From Proteromonas lacertae (taxonomy: Eukaryota): a DNA stretch of 64,000 nt. The stretch lies in assembly GCA_002245135.1 (NCBI GenBank), contig NGBS01000296.1, forward strand, positions 124,001 through 188,000, written 5' to 3'. The position numbers and the translations under genes were made by a program. The notes below the pieces were generated by a model. It worked only from the letters and a program-made list of their open reading frames with translations. It did not search any database and was not told the DNA's origin. Numbering within the stretch: the first letter of the stretch is position 1; every line of letters starts with the position of its first letter. This document shows positions 39,601-53,200 of the stretch, piece by piece.

Positions 39601-41462
39601 AACCCATTTCTGTAACGTATATATTTGCAATAATTATTCCAAAATAGTGAACAGAAAGATTGTGCTGAATTTATCCAATACATTTTAAACATCTTAGAAA
39701 CGGAATCCCCAGAGTTAAAGCAAGTAATAAAAGACAATATCATTGGTACAACAGGTAGAGTAATTCATGGTGAATGTGGGCATAGTAAAATAATAACAGA
39801 TACTTATTATATATTGAGTCTACCAATCAGAAATCAAAAAGTATATATATATATATATATATATATTATAGACACTTCAAAATTGTTTGGATTTATTCAC
39901 TGTCGTTGATAGATTTGAAGGTCATAATCAATATTTCTGTGAGGAATGTAATAATAAAGTAAATGCAACTTCACAGTGTGTTTTAATGAAATTGCCAAAG
40001 TATTTGATTATACAGCTGAGTAGATTTGATTATGATTATAATACATTTTCATTTACAAAAGTATTTATTGTTATTTATTGAGTTTTATATATAGTTGAAT
40101 GATCACTTGGAATTCCCTTATAATACTCAATTGGATTTATTCAACTATACTGTTGATTCACAACATTCTAAGAATAATGATAGTGAGATTATGTATTACA
40201 TTTTACTTTTATATTATTTGTTTAGGAATAGATCATATAAATATGATTTGAATGGAATTATTTGTCATCTTGGAACAGCTCGTATATAGCAATTATTATT
40301 ATTATTATTAAATAGAATCCGGTCATTATATCAGTTATATCAAAGATAGAAGAAGTGATACAATGCAGTGGAATGAATATAATGACACAATCGTAAGTAA
40401 CTTCAATCCAGATAGAATTCCAGGTCAATGTTTTGGTGGAACAACTAATACAACAAACAATGCATATATGTTGATTTATGATTTAAGTAGTAATAATATT
40501 AACACTATAAGTATATATTCTATAATTATTGCATAGCTTCACCAAATAAATTATCTTCGTTATCATCTGTAAATGATTTAGCTAAAGGTGTTCAAGATGA
40601 TTATTACACAATAATCTCATCATCACAATATGAATTGAATTTATTCAGTTCAAACTTCACTTCATTCTTATTCCAAATCATTAAGAATTATAATTGGAAT
40701 GAAGTAACAGATGAAGCAAAGAAATTCTTCAATATCTTATGTAAATATGTTTACAATGTATTTGGTTATTCCAACAGGATTAAAGACATTACTGAATACT
40801 TCTCCATTATTAATAAACTATATAATGATCATCCTCAACTTCAAAGTGAATTATATTTGATAATAAATGATCCAAACATGTCATTACAAGATCATTTGAT
40901 TTATATTGTATATATACACATATTATGTATTGTTTAAATAGTATTTGATAAGACATAGTGATGTTACAGTTAGATCTTCATTCTTAAAGATGTTATTGGC
41001 TGAATTAAAAATAGGCAATATCTCAACAATCTGTTGAAATTGAAAAGTATTTAAATGCAATGGAAGAAACAAATATAGAAGATGATAGTGAAGATAAAGA
41101 GAATGAAGGTAGCAAAGAATCAGATAAAGATAAACCAAAGGTAAATCCAATAGAAAAACCAAGTGTAATTTTAACATTAGATAATTGCATTACTTATTTA
41201 AACAGTTTGGATGAGTATAAACCATATTCTTCAGAATTTTATGAGTTATTTATTGATCTAACATTATTAAGTATTTATTATTATTATTATTATTCAATAG
41301 ATCCTTTAATAAAGAGATATTTCTCTAATCCCACTGATATTGAACATCATTAATCACCAATATAATAAGTTACATTATAATATCCAATTAGCAAGATTAC
41401 TATGTTCAATATTGAGATTTACAAGTGATTCTAGTAATGAATATGGTATTAAAGGTATTAAA

Positions 41463-41504
<42 letters not shown>

Positions 41505-42023
41505 GTTGATCAATGTAGAATTACAACAGAAATCAAATCAAAAGTATATCTATTTTTCATCTAATTCACTTTATAGTTTATTACTATACCATTCCTAACT
41601 CGTATTATAACAGAAATCCCTATGGATTGTGAATTGTTAGTACAATCATACTTATATAATGCTCCAATTGATGTCTCTGAGAAATTCTATTCCAATATTC
41701 AACAACATATTGCTAAAGATATAAACTTGACTGGCAGTCCAAACTATTCATTCAAAAATTTTGTTGTTTTATTTTTATGTACTTGTAAGATTATTGATCA
41801 AAATACTACTGTATATTATTTATATATTATTTTTTTCCTATAGGCAAGGATCAAAACTTGTCTGAGATATCTCACTTCCTACATAATTACTTACAAGAAG
41901 TATCCTAACACCACTCTTTATAGTTATATCATATCTAAAGAGATGATTAAAGCTGTTATATTATGTGAACCTCTTCGTGAAGTCATGATGAGTAATAGAG
42001 AGATGTGGAGGGTTGATACTTAA
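33639..42023 (+). CDS. Large ubiquitin-specific protease (peptidase C19), USP9X/USP24/USP34-like, about 30 tiny introns; three unexplained frame breaks
   Basis: Cys box [47 protein letters not shown], His box [39 protein letters not shown]. The 3' end is TAA 42021-42023, or 42056 if a last intron is spliced. Confidence 0.85.
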
Positions 42024-42349
42024 ATATTATATACTTATTTTCTTATATAGCATTAGTTTTTTTTTATGGTTATAATTTTATAAATAGAAAGTCAGTTCAT
42101 AATAATAGATTTCGTGAAACAAAAATTCCGTAGCATTAATCCAAACAAATGCACTTAAAAGAGTGAGAATGAGAATATTATGCGAATCTGAAGCAATAAA
42201 TGATGAATCTTAATCCCATCATTCATTTTCAAGTGAGGCTTTGAATAAAATGTTTACTTATTAATTTATAGCCTAAAAAAGAACGAGTTTTGCTTGAGTC
42301 ATTAAAAAAATTGTTATTTCGTATTTACACATATTAAAAGGATATAGAT

Positions 42350-45300
42350 ATGACCAGTCGAAGTGTATTTTGTATTTATATAGGTTTTTAGAATAGGCGT
42401 TCTGTGAATAGGGATTATGTGTACTATGATTTTTCAAAGCATGAAACTCTTGAAATCAAGGTAGGAATACATGCAGGTAGGATGGAAAATTTCTACAGAA
42501 AGATACCAGACGTATTACTGAATGAAAGCCCTCCTGAAGTAAATGAGACAAATCTTCCAAACTGGATAGAGGTAAAAACAAAAGAAGGCATTAAGAGATT
42601 AATTGATGATTTTATTATAGTTGACAAAGATGGATTGACTCATTTACCTCGTTTTGACGTTATTGAGGGTGAAAAAACAAAGGGAGTATTATTTGGATCA
42701 TTTGTAATAAATCCATTTCCTTATAAAATGATTTTAAGCCAATTGCCGCTAGAATACCCATTTAAAACGAAGAAAGGGATAATACTTAGAAATTTAGGCA
42801 GATTACAACCATTTTCAGAGAATCAATGTGCTGCAATGCTAGACGGCTTTCATTCTGTAGTAGATTACGATGATGTTACAAATGAGAAGAGTACAACCCA
42901 TTATCACAATAGTATTCGATATAAAGATGGTAAATTTACATATTTTGTACATGTTGAAAATACATACATAGTTTATAGTGGAAATAATGCTAATGAACCA
43001 TGGAATGCGATATTAGCAGATCTAAAGATGTCAAATCCAACGAAAAAATACCCCTCCGAAATAGATGGAAATGATTTCTTTGGACTTAGAGAAAAAGAGA
43101 TATATACAACACCCGTAATATTGTATAATATGATTGGAACACAATTAATACGGTTTAACCAAGAGAAATGTATTTATGAATCAATTGACTGTAAACCATT
43201 GGATGATACATTATGTAACAATACTTTAATATTTAAAAAAGAGAAATATTTTTGGATTAGAATCTATTGTAAGAATGTAATGAATTTTGAAATTGAATAT
43301 AACCACGATGGTTCATTTTTCTATTTGAATACTGATAAATATAAGTATATAATTCAGAATAGTTTAGGTGAATGTCATACTAATTCAAAGTATAGCAATA
43401 TTTATAGATGGTTCAATAAATCATTTTTGATTGCTACATTTGCTATAGATATTGTTAAAGATAAGCCAAACCTTAAATCAGATGAAGTATATATTATTCT
43501 TTATTTCGTTATTATATATATATATTTATTTATTTATTTTTAATAGTTTTTTAAAGAAATAGAAAGGAGATTAGTGTCAATAAACCAAAGAATGTCAAAA
43601 ACAGAATTTAATACTAGATATCCATTGATCTATTTCTTTATTCAACAAACACATCAACCTGTATTAGATCATAAGAATATTTATTACTTCTTAAAACATT
43701 CAAAAGTATCTCCAGAGACTGAAGTTGAGAATTTTTATAGTAAAGAATATACTGCTGCTCCTTATATTGCTGCATTTGATAAAGATTATGAAATAGAAAT
43801 CAATGTGCCAAAATATGTAAACAAACCTGAAGATGATGAAGAGTTTTATCCTGTTGAAGATACTACACCATTAAAGAGAAAGAGAATGGCTTTAGAAAGT
43901 GATAATTTACATAATAATAATAGTAATTATAATAGTTCATCTGATGAGTTAGAATATGGATATGATAGTCCAAAGAAGAAGATAAGTAATAATTTAGCCA
44001 GGAAGATGAGAGAACAGAATGTCTATAATAATAACAATAATAATGAAGACTCTATTCAAAGATATGAATCATTAAATTTTGATATGGCTCCACCACGAGG
44101 TGAGCAAAGTCATCTTCAACCATTAGATAATGATGAATTAGAAGAAGAAGAAGAAGAAGAAGAAGAAGAAGAAGAAGAAAATAAGGAAGAAGAAATTGTA
44201 GTAAAAAATAAACCAAGAATAAGGTTGGAATCTTTAGAATCATCAAAAAGAAAATCAACACCATCAAAAGTTCCATCTCCGCCTCCTTTAATATCTTCAT
44301 CACAACAACAAAAACCACAATTAGTTGATTATGATGAATCAGAAGGTATTCATCGATATGGAACAAGAAATAGACAAAGATATAATCCAAATAGTCCTCC
44401 AGTTCCTATTCCAATACATACGGAATTATATGGTGAAGAATTTATTAAGATGTTACAGTGTTTTGTTATAGCTAATGATTTTCAACCATTTTTTAATATT
44501 TCACCAATATCATTTGACAGTTTTATTGTATTATTTCTGTTTTTATATTTATTTAGGATGAGTATAAATCAAGATCATTTTTAGAATCTATTTCTTACAC
44601 TCTATTGAATTATATCTTGTTGAATGTAAAGTCAGAAGCTGTTTATAATGATATTATCACTCCTCATGATAAGTTGTTAACTCAAACCAATTGGCTTGAT
44701 ATATTTATTAGATTTTTTGCTGTAATGAATAATAAGTCTATATCTTTTTGATTATATATTTTCTATTGTTTTATATCTTCTTTAATATATTGTTTTTACT
44801 TTTCATTTCAATATGTTGATGAAAAATCTAAAGTAATTAAGATAATGAACTCATTATACAAGAAGAACGAATATTCTGAATTATTCAAATACTCATCCGA
44901 TTTTGAACAAAAGTTTTGTAATCTCAACTCTCAATTGAACACTGATTATTACTTCATTATTCCAAAAATAGAATATAATGGTGTTAGTTTAGAAAATATA
45001 TTAATTAACACAAAGTATCAATCTCCATTAACACCAGCTTCAACTCCAAGAAGTAATGTAGATGAAACAGATGAAGAAAGTAATATTGTTGTTGTTAATG
45101 AAAAGAATAATGTCAATGATAATAAAGACAATGATAATGATAATGATAATGGAAATGAATCTTCTGATTCATATTCATTTAATTCAATTTATAACTCCAG
45201 AGGAGGTATAACGAATATGAACAATAAACCAAGTACATACAAACTAAAGGAATGTATCGATAATTCATATGTAACATTGTTTGAAAGAAGTGTAAATACT

Positions 45301-45681
45301 CTGTTAGAAGAATTTATTTCATTAAGTTTCAAAGACAAAGAGATAAATGAGTTGTTTGTAAAATTTAAAAATGAATTTCAATCAAGATTTACTCATATCA
45401 TAAAGAATAAGAAAGAAGTAAATGAATTAACAATTTTCTTGCAAAATATTCATCATAGATCTTATGAAGATTTGACTTATATGCAAAGAATAAAAATAGT
45501 CTCAATATTATTCGATTATACGATTAATATGAAAGAATTTGCTAAATTAATAGCAACAGCAGTATTTAGCAATAATGTCTAATATTATTTGAATAGAAAA
45601 AAGTCACTCATTCTCTTAGCAACATGGACGAAGATGCAATAGAAAGTTCACAAAAGAAACAGAATTCTCCTACAGTAGATG

Positions 45682-45713
<32 letters not shown>

Positions 45714-47082
45714 TTTAGATTATATCTTCTATACATACTGATTTATCAAATGAAATATTAGGAACAGATAGGAATAAGACTCATTATTGGATGTTTCCAT
45801 GTGAATCAAGTAAAATATTCGTTTATAATCCAAATATTAATGATTATAATGGCTATTATGAGAATAGTCATGATTTTGCTAAATTGACTGAATCTTTACA
45901 GTTGAATAAAAGTGAAGTGACACTTAGAAATAAGTATATTAATAGTTGTATATTTATTATTAATGAATAGAATATCTAGCTTAATTACTTATTTCGAAAA
46001 GCCAAAATCAAATGTTAATAGCACTAAGAATGGTATATATAATGAATTTCTAACAATTATTGTTTTTTTAGTTGAAAATGCTTTTGACATACCAGTATCA
46101 AAGAATATATGTAAAACATTACTAGGAATTGAAGAATCACTTCATCATCCAGATGTAGTTGGAAAGAATTATTGTTCTGATGAAAATATTCAAAACTTAC
46201 TGAAAGAGATGAATCAATATATTAATGATGAAAGACGATTCACAAATGAAGAAATTCTAAACAAAGTAAAACAGTTATTATTCATATTAATTGTTAATGC
46301 TAATCAAAGTGAATCTCATTATTTAGTGAGAATATTATCAGGTAAATATGTTTATGATTATTTTATGAGCTCTTTAGCTTATTCAAAATCTTGGTATGAA
46401 ATTAGTTCATTGATAGAATTTTATAACTATAATATTCTTTGGAGAAGTGTTAATGAATTAGCAGTATATATATTTGTATATATTCTATTAGAATCCAATT
46501 ACTTATGAAAGTTGTTTAAAACTATTAGGAAAAAGAGACTTCTCTTATATTCCTCAAGATGGTGATGAAATAATATACATCGGTGATCGTCATACAATGA
46601 AAGACTGTAGTTATTATGATTCAAGTTGCAGACCATTATTAAGATTTATTGCTGTTTGTAAATGTGAAAGAGTAACTTATCATCAATGTTATTCAACTCC
46701 TTATTGTAGACTTTATCTTAATGTTTTATTTTCTAATGATATTGTTAAAAGTGATAGAATTCATAATCACATGGTTATGAATACTGCTGTTGATGGTAGC
46801 GGAAGTCAGTTTATATATCCAATTGATAATTATGAATCGATGTTACCTCAAAATTTAATTGACGAATATAAACGTTATAAGAATATTGTTGATGATAAAG
46901 ATGATGTATCTAAATCTGATGTAGTTGAAAATGGAATGGAAGATAAGGATGAAGAATTACAAAAGAATAATAAAGATAAGGAATTGGAAAATGATGATAA
47001 AAAGGGAAAGAGAAAGAGTAAAAAGAGATATGATGATGATGATGATGAATATATTGATAGTGAAGATGAAGATTTCTATTAA
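42350..47082 (+). CDS. Chromatin protein with FYRN/FYRC, DDT, WHIM1 and WSD/WHIM motifs (ISWI-partner-like)
   Basis: FYR: LRNLGRL..GFHS..EPWNAIL..DGNDFFGL. DDT: FIKMLQCFVIANDFQPFFNISPISFDSF. WHIM1: SYEDLTYMQRIKIVSILFD. WSD: LGTDRNKTHYWMF. BRWD/PHIP-like YIPQDGDEIIY. ATG 42350 spliced into ORF 42404. Confidence 0.72.
44740..44799 (+). other. U12-type AT-AC intron
   Basis: 5' ATATCTTT, branch-like TTCTTTAAT, 3' TTTTAC. Phase 0 on both sides; excision removes an in-frame TGA and gives NNKS|FSFQYVDEK. Confidence 0.85.
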
Positions 47083-47238
47083 TGAATGAGTATTAGAAAA
47101 AATCTTTATAATCCTTCGTTATGCTTGTTTTTTGAGTAGTTCTATTATTGATGAAACAACCAAATAAATCATTCATATTTGTAATTCTTTATCCTCAAAA
47201 AGAAACATTTAAAAATCAAATCTTATAAGTAATAGAAT

Positions 47239-50200
47239 TTATATATCAGTTTCTTCGTCAGAACTTGAATATTCTTTTTTGTTCTTCTTTACATTCTTTT
47301 TGTTCTTTTTGTTTTTCTTCTTTTTATCATCATCACTATCACTATCACTTTCGCTTTCACTTTCATCAGAACTATCACTCTCTACTTTTGGTTTAGGTTT
47401 TGGTTTGGGTGTATTATTAATATTTTGTTTGGTTGTGATAGTCTTTAATTCAGTTTCATCTAAATCAGTAACTTCACTTCCTCTATTTATTCTAACTCCC
47501 ATTTTAGCCTTTGTAATATGTCTTATACTTTCGTGATTTCTTGCAAATATAAATAATCCTATGATAATAAGAATTACTGCTATAACACCAATTACTATTC
47601 CAACTACTCCTCCAGCTGATACTCCTGAACTATCAGACTTCTTTATCATTGTAGAGACTTCTTCAATATTAATAATCACATTCGTGAATGAATCACTATA
47701 ACTTGAACTTCGAAGAGTCGATTGGATATTATGTATAATTGTTTTGTCTGCTAATAGAGAACTGATTAAACTTGGATCATCTGTTCGAATATAAACTATA
47801 TAATTATATGTTGAAGAAGATTGTAATATTCTTAAACCACGAAGAAGACTTTTTTCTCTTTTATCTTCTGTTAATTCAATTGTTGTGATTTCTACTCCTA
47901 TTTCAATCGAAATTGCATCTTTGATTGCTAAATTATTCTTTGCAGTCATTCTACCAGTGACATTTCTTAATTCTAATGAGAATTTCACATAACTATAATC
48001 TGAAGAAGGATTAAAATCAATACTTGATCTACATTGACTAGGATCTTCTTCTCCCCATGATGCAGTTGTTCCTGATCCGTCTTTAATACATTTTCGAATA
48101 ATATATCCATTTCCACTACTACATGCTTTTTGAGCTACTAAATCAGCTTCAGTTTCTTCATATCCATTATTCGATGGACATTTTGGTTTAGTTGATTCGA
48201 TTGAAATACTAACAGCAGGATCTGATTTACCTAATGAATTAGATGCAGAAACACTACAGACTGATTTAAATGTTCTTGTTGGAATACCACTGAATGAACC
48301 AGATCTTAAATCAAATGTAATTCCTGGAATATTTGGATCACAAGTAGAAGACCATGATGAAGGAGTATTTGATATATCTATTGGCACAATTGGAGTTATT
48401 GCTACACCAGCTGTAAATGAATATGTTGATTGAGGATATTTAAAGGAAGGTAATTTTGTTTTACAATTATTTACTTCTTTTTCCCAAACTGGATTCTTTC
48501 CATCACCACATTTTCTTTCTGCATTTCCATCATAACCAGATGGACAAGTTAATATAACTGTTTCACCTGCATTTGTTTCTGGCCAAGTTAATACACCTGA
48601 TTGAGATAATGCACATTTTGGTTGTATAACAGTAATGCTGATTTGTGTACTTACTGAATTTTGATCAACAGCACCATAAACAGTATAAGATTGAGTAGAA
48701 GCTGGAACACCTTTTGATACAAATCCTGATATATCTCCTGTTCTTGGATTCAACACCATACCAGTTGGCAATGATGGTGTTATACTGTACAATGTTATTA
48801 TTCCATCTTTAGTTGGAGTTAATTGTACTTGCTCATCAATTCCTACATAAACTGTAACTGTATTTGAATTATAAGATAATGTTGTGGCATATTTGGTTTT
48901 TATTACTATTGTTATTGATACTACATTAGATGATCCTTGTGCATTCTTAGCAACAACTTTGCATGTTGAAGTAAAAACAGATGTAGGTGAGCCAGAGAAT
49001 GTACCAGTTGTAGGACTAAATGTAATTCCTATCAATTGATTATCACAATTATATGTCCAAGATGTTGGGTCATTTTTCACATTTTGAGGAGCAATATTTA
49101 CTATACTTCCAGATACAAATGAGTAATATGTGCTAGAATAACTAAACTCAGGTATTTTACTTCCACAAGTTCCAATAACTTCTCCCCATGTTGGGTTCTT
49201 ACCTGAATTACATAATCTTTGCAAAACACCTGTTTGTCCTCCTGTACAAGATGAAGTAGCTACCATTCCTGCATTTGTAGTAGGCCATGTAATTCCATTC
49301 TCAACTACAGATGGACATTTTGGTTGAATGATTGTGATTGTAATATCAGTTGTTATTGAAGAAGATTGTACACCTGCTGAAACTGTATATCTACTTGCCG
49401 TTTGTTCACTAGTTCCAGCATCAATAGAACCATATATTTTACCATCTTGTTGATTGATAAATAGTCCAGGAGGTAAGGTGGGTGAAACTGAGAAAGATGT
49501 AACAACTCCATTCACTGTAGCACCTTTATAACTATTTTCAAATACTCCAACATAGAATGTCATATCTTTATTCTCATATGTAATAGTTGTAGCATAACTA
49601 CTACTTATCATTATAGTTAATTCGAATGGTTGAGATGTTCCTTTACTATTTGTAGCTGTTATTTTACAAGTTGATGTAAAACTGGTAGTAGGTGTACCAC
49701 TAAATACACCAGTTGTACTACTGAACGATATACCTGATAATTCTACTGAACATTCTCTTTTCCATGAAGTTGGAGAATTTTTTATGTTCTGTGGTTCAAT
49801 TGGTGTAATTGCAGCTCCTGTAATAAATGCATAGAAAGAAGAAGGATAGGTAAATGATGGTGCTAAAGATCCACATGATCCAATAACATTTCCCCAAATT
49901 GGTTCTTTTCCAGTTGAACAAATTCTTTGTACAGTAATTGTATTATCATTTGGACAAGTAACAGATGCAGTTTGTCCAGCATTTGTAGTAGGCCATGATA
50001 ATTCATCTTCAGTAGCCTCTTTACATTTTGGTTGAATAACAGTTATTTTTACAATTGTAGAAATAGTACTAGAACCAGTTGTAGCATATATTTTATATTC
50101 TTTTAATTCTTGTTCAGGAATACCACTTGTAACTGTACCATATATCTGACCATCTTTTGGATTAATGAATAAACCAGATGGTAAAGGATTAGTAATATCT

Positions 50201-53200
50201 ACATAGATATTACTAATAACACCATCAAATGTAGCAGCTGGATATGTATCTTCTAATATACCAATATAGAAAGTCATTTCACTTGGATCATAGGATATTG
50301 ATGTAGCTACAGCATTAGTAATCATGATTGTCAATTCAAAAGGAAGTGAAGTTCCCATTGCATTAGTTGCAGTAACTGAGCATGTTGAAACAAATGTCTT
50401 TGTTGGCATACCACTAAATGTACCAGTTGCTGTATTGAATGTAATTCCATCTAACTCTGGTGAGCAATCTGCTTCCCATGATGTTGGCAAATAGTTGATA
50501 TTTGTTGCACTGATTGTTACTGATGCACCAGTATTGTATGAATAAAATGATGATGAATATTTAAATGTTGGTACTTGTGCTGAACAAATACCAGTGACTT
50601 GTCCCCATTCAGGATTTTTTGTATTACCACATATTCTTTGTTGACTTCCATCATAACCATTTGGACATGGAATTGTTAACATTTCACCTGCATTTGTTTC
50701 TGGCCATGTTATTAAATCTGTTGTCTCTGAAGGACATTTTGGTTGAACTATTGTAATAGTAACTGTAGTTGTTAACTGTGTTTGTGCAATTGCTGTTACA
50801 GTATATACTGAACTTGATTCTGCTATACCTTTTGTCACAGTTCCATATATTTTACCAGATTCTCTGTTGATTAATAAATAGTTTGGCAAAGATGGAGTTA
50901 TACTGAATGATTCAACATATCCATCTTTTGTTGGCTCATTATAACCTGATTCATCAATACCAATGTAGAATGTCATTGTTGAGTTTTCATAACTTATTTT
51001 TGTAGCATAACTGTAAGTAACTGATATAGAAATAACTGTTGAATAATCTTTACCATCAATACCTTTTCCAGAAACTGTAAATGTTTGCTTTGGTTGATAT
51101 GTTGAACATGTACCTGTAATAGATCCATCTTGATTATTGAATACAAATGAACATGGTAAAGTAGGTGGAGTTAATGTTAATGGTGCATTTATCTGTGTTA
51201 AGGCAGGAGTAATACTTAAAGGTTTATTAATAATTATAACAATATCTGTTGGTGAATAGACTATTGATGGGTTTAGTGAAAGGCATTCTTCATCATTGAT
51301 TTTACCCCAAGTTGGATTACCTTTATCATCCCATAAACATTCTCTTGTTTTATTGCCTAATTCTCCTTCTCCACAAGAGACTGAAGCAGTGAATTGTGGT
51401 CTTGTGGATGGGAAAACTCCATCACTTTGACACATTGGAACATCTGTCTTGCATGTATTAATAACATTTCCCCAAGTTGGTGTTAAATCATTTGAACATT
51501 TTCTAGAGATTGAACCTGTAAAACCTTCTGGACATGATGCTGTAACAGTTTCACCTGCATTTGTTGCTGGGAAATCTTCACTTATAAATGGACATTTTGG
51601 TTGAATTACTTGTATTGTAATTGGACTGCTTTGAACTAAAACATCATTTCGTTTACCTCTTACAACATACGTATTAGTGCTTTCTGATACTCCTGCTTCT
51701 ACTGTACCTGATATAATACCTGTAAATTGATTAAGCGTTATTCCTTTAGGAGCTGTTGGATATATTTCTGTAAATTGAACTGTACCTCCTCCACTAATAA
51801 TTGGTTGTGGAGATGAGTTTATAAATCCTACATAGAAGATAAATGATGATGGAGTATATGAAATAACAGCTGTTGTAGTTAAAACTGTGATTGCTATGTA
51901 AGTTGTTGTTGTACCAACGCTATTAGTTACAAATATACCAACTTGAGCATTACTTATTGGTGTAGAAGTTGTTCCACTGATAGCACAAGTATTTGGAATA
52001 ACAGATAAACCAGCTGGCAGATTACTACCTGCACAAGTAAATAGAGCAGCTTCTAATACAGGAGTTAAATCTACTCTATCATATAGATTAAAAGTATAAT
52101 CTGTAGAACCGAATCTTATTTCTGGCTTCAATAATATACATCCTGATTCATCAACTACACCCCATTGTGCTGGAATTGTTGAACCATCACAATATTTTGT
52201 CTTTAAACCTGAATAACCTTTGCCACATGGTTGTGCTGCATTTTCACCAGCTAATGTATCTTCATAAATACCATCACTTAGACATTTTAATTGAATTATA
52301 TTAATCTGAACCTTGGTTTGGATAGTATCACTTCCCATATTACCTTTAACACTACATGATGTATTAGTAGAAATACTTGTAGCTTCACCATGAATAGATC
52401 CATACCTTGTATTGAATGAAATACCATTAGGTAAGACACAATCAATAGTATAATTATCAACACCTCCATCAATTGTTGGAGTAAACTCACCATATTGACC
52501 TACATAGAAACTCAATTCATTATTTACACCATAAGTAATGGAAGTAGATTTTGCTTTACAGTTATTAACAACATTGTCCCACATTGCAGAATTTCCTAAA
52601 TTCTTACAAGTTCTTTCAATATATCCATACGTTCCTTCAGTACATGTTGCATAAGCAACTGATCCAGCAACTGTCTCTTTCCAATCGATATTTAGCATAC
52701 TATCAGCATTACAATATTTTGGTTTACAATTTGATACAACCAATTCACCAAATTGAATGGCTGGAGTTGCTTCTCCTACAGTTTCCATTGATTTTATTGA
52801 TTTTATCTGAATTCTATATGCCTCATACGATTTATAATTCTCTTCAACATTAAATGAAACCTCTGTTAATCTTCCTTGAGACGTATCAGCATTTGAAAAC
52901 TCTTTGATCTTTTGCCATTCTAAAATATCTCTATTATAACTTCCATACAATACAAAATCTTTTGGATCTCTACTTGGTAAATCATCGGCTGTAGTTATTG
53001 TTACTACATTAATAAATTCAGCTTTACCTGAAGGCCATTTGTATATTATATCAACTGGGAATGTCGTTGTACTTACTACTGTACTTACAAATTTTGTATC
53101 TTTATTAAAATCGAAAGATTTATCGATTGTTTGACTACTCAGTGATGAATCGATTGTTGATATAACTGTCATTGTTGGATTTTCAAGTGATGATATTGTT

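Noticed and set aside
42140..42240. CTGA..ATGATGA arrangement suggestive of a box C/D snoRNA
   Set aside because: No proper 5' box C, terminal box D or terminal stem, and no recognisable rRNA guide. Such motifs are expected by chance in AT-rich DNA.
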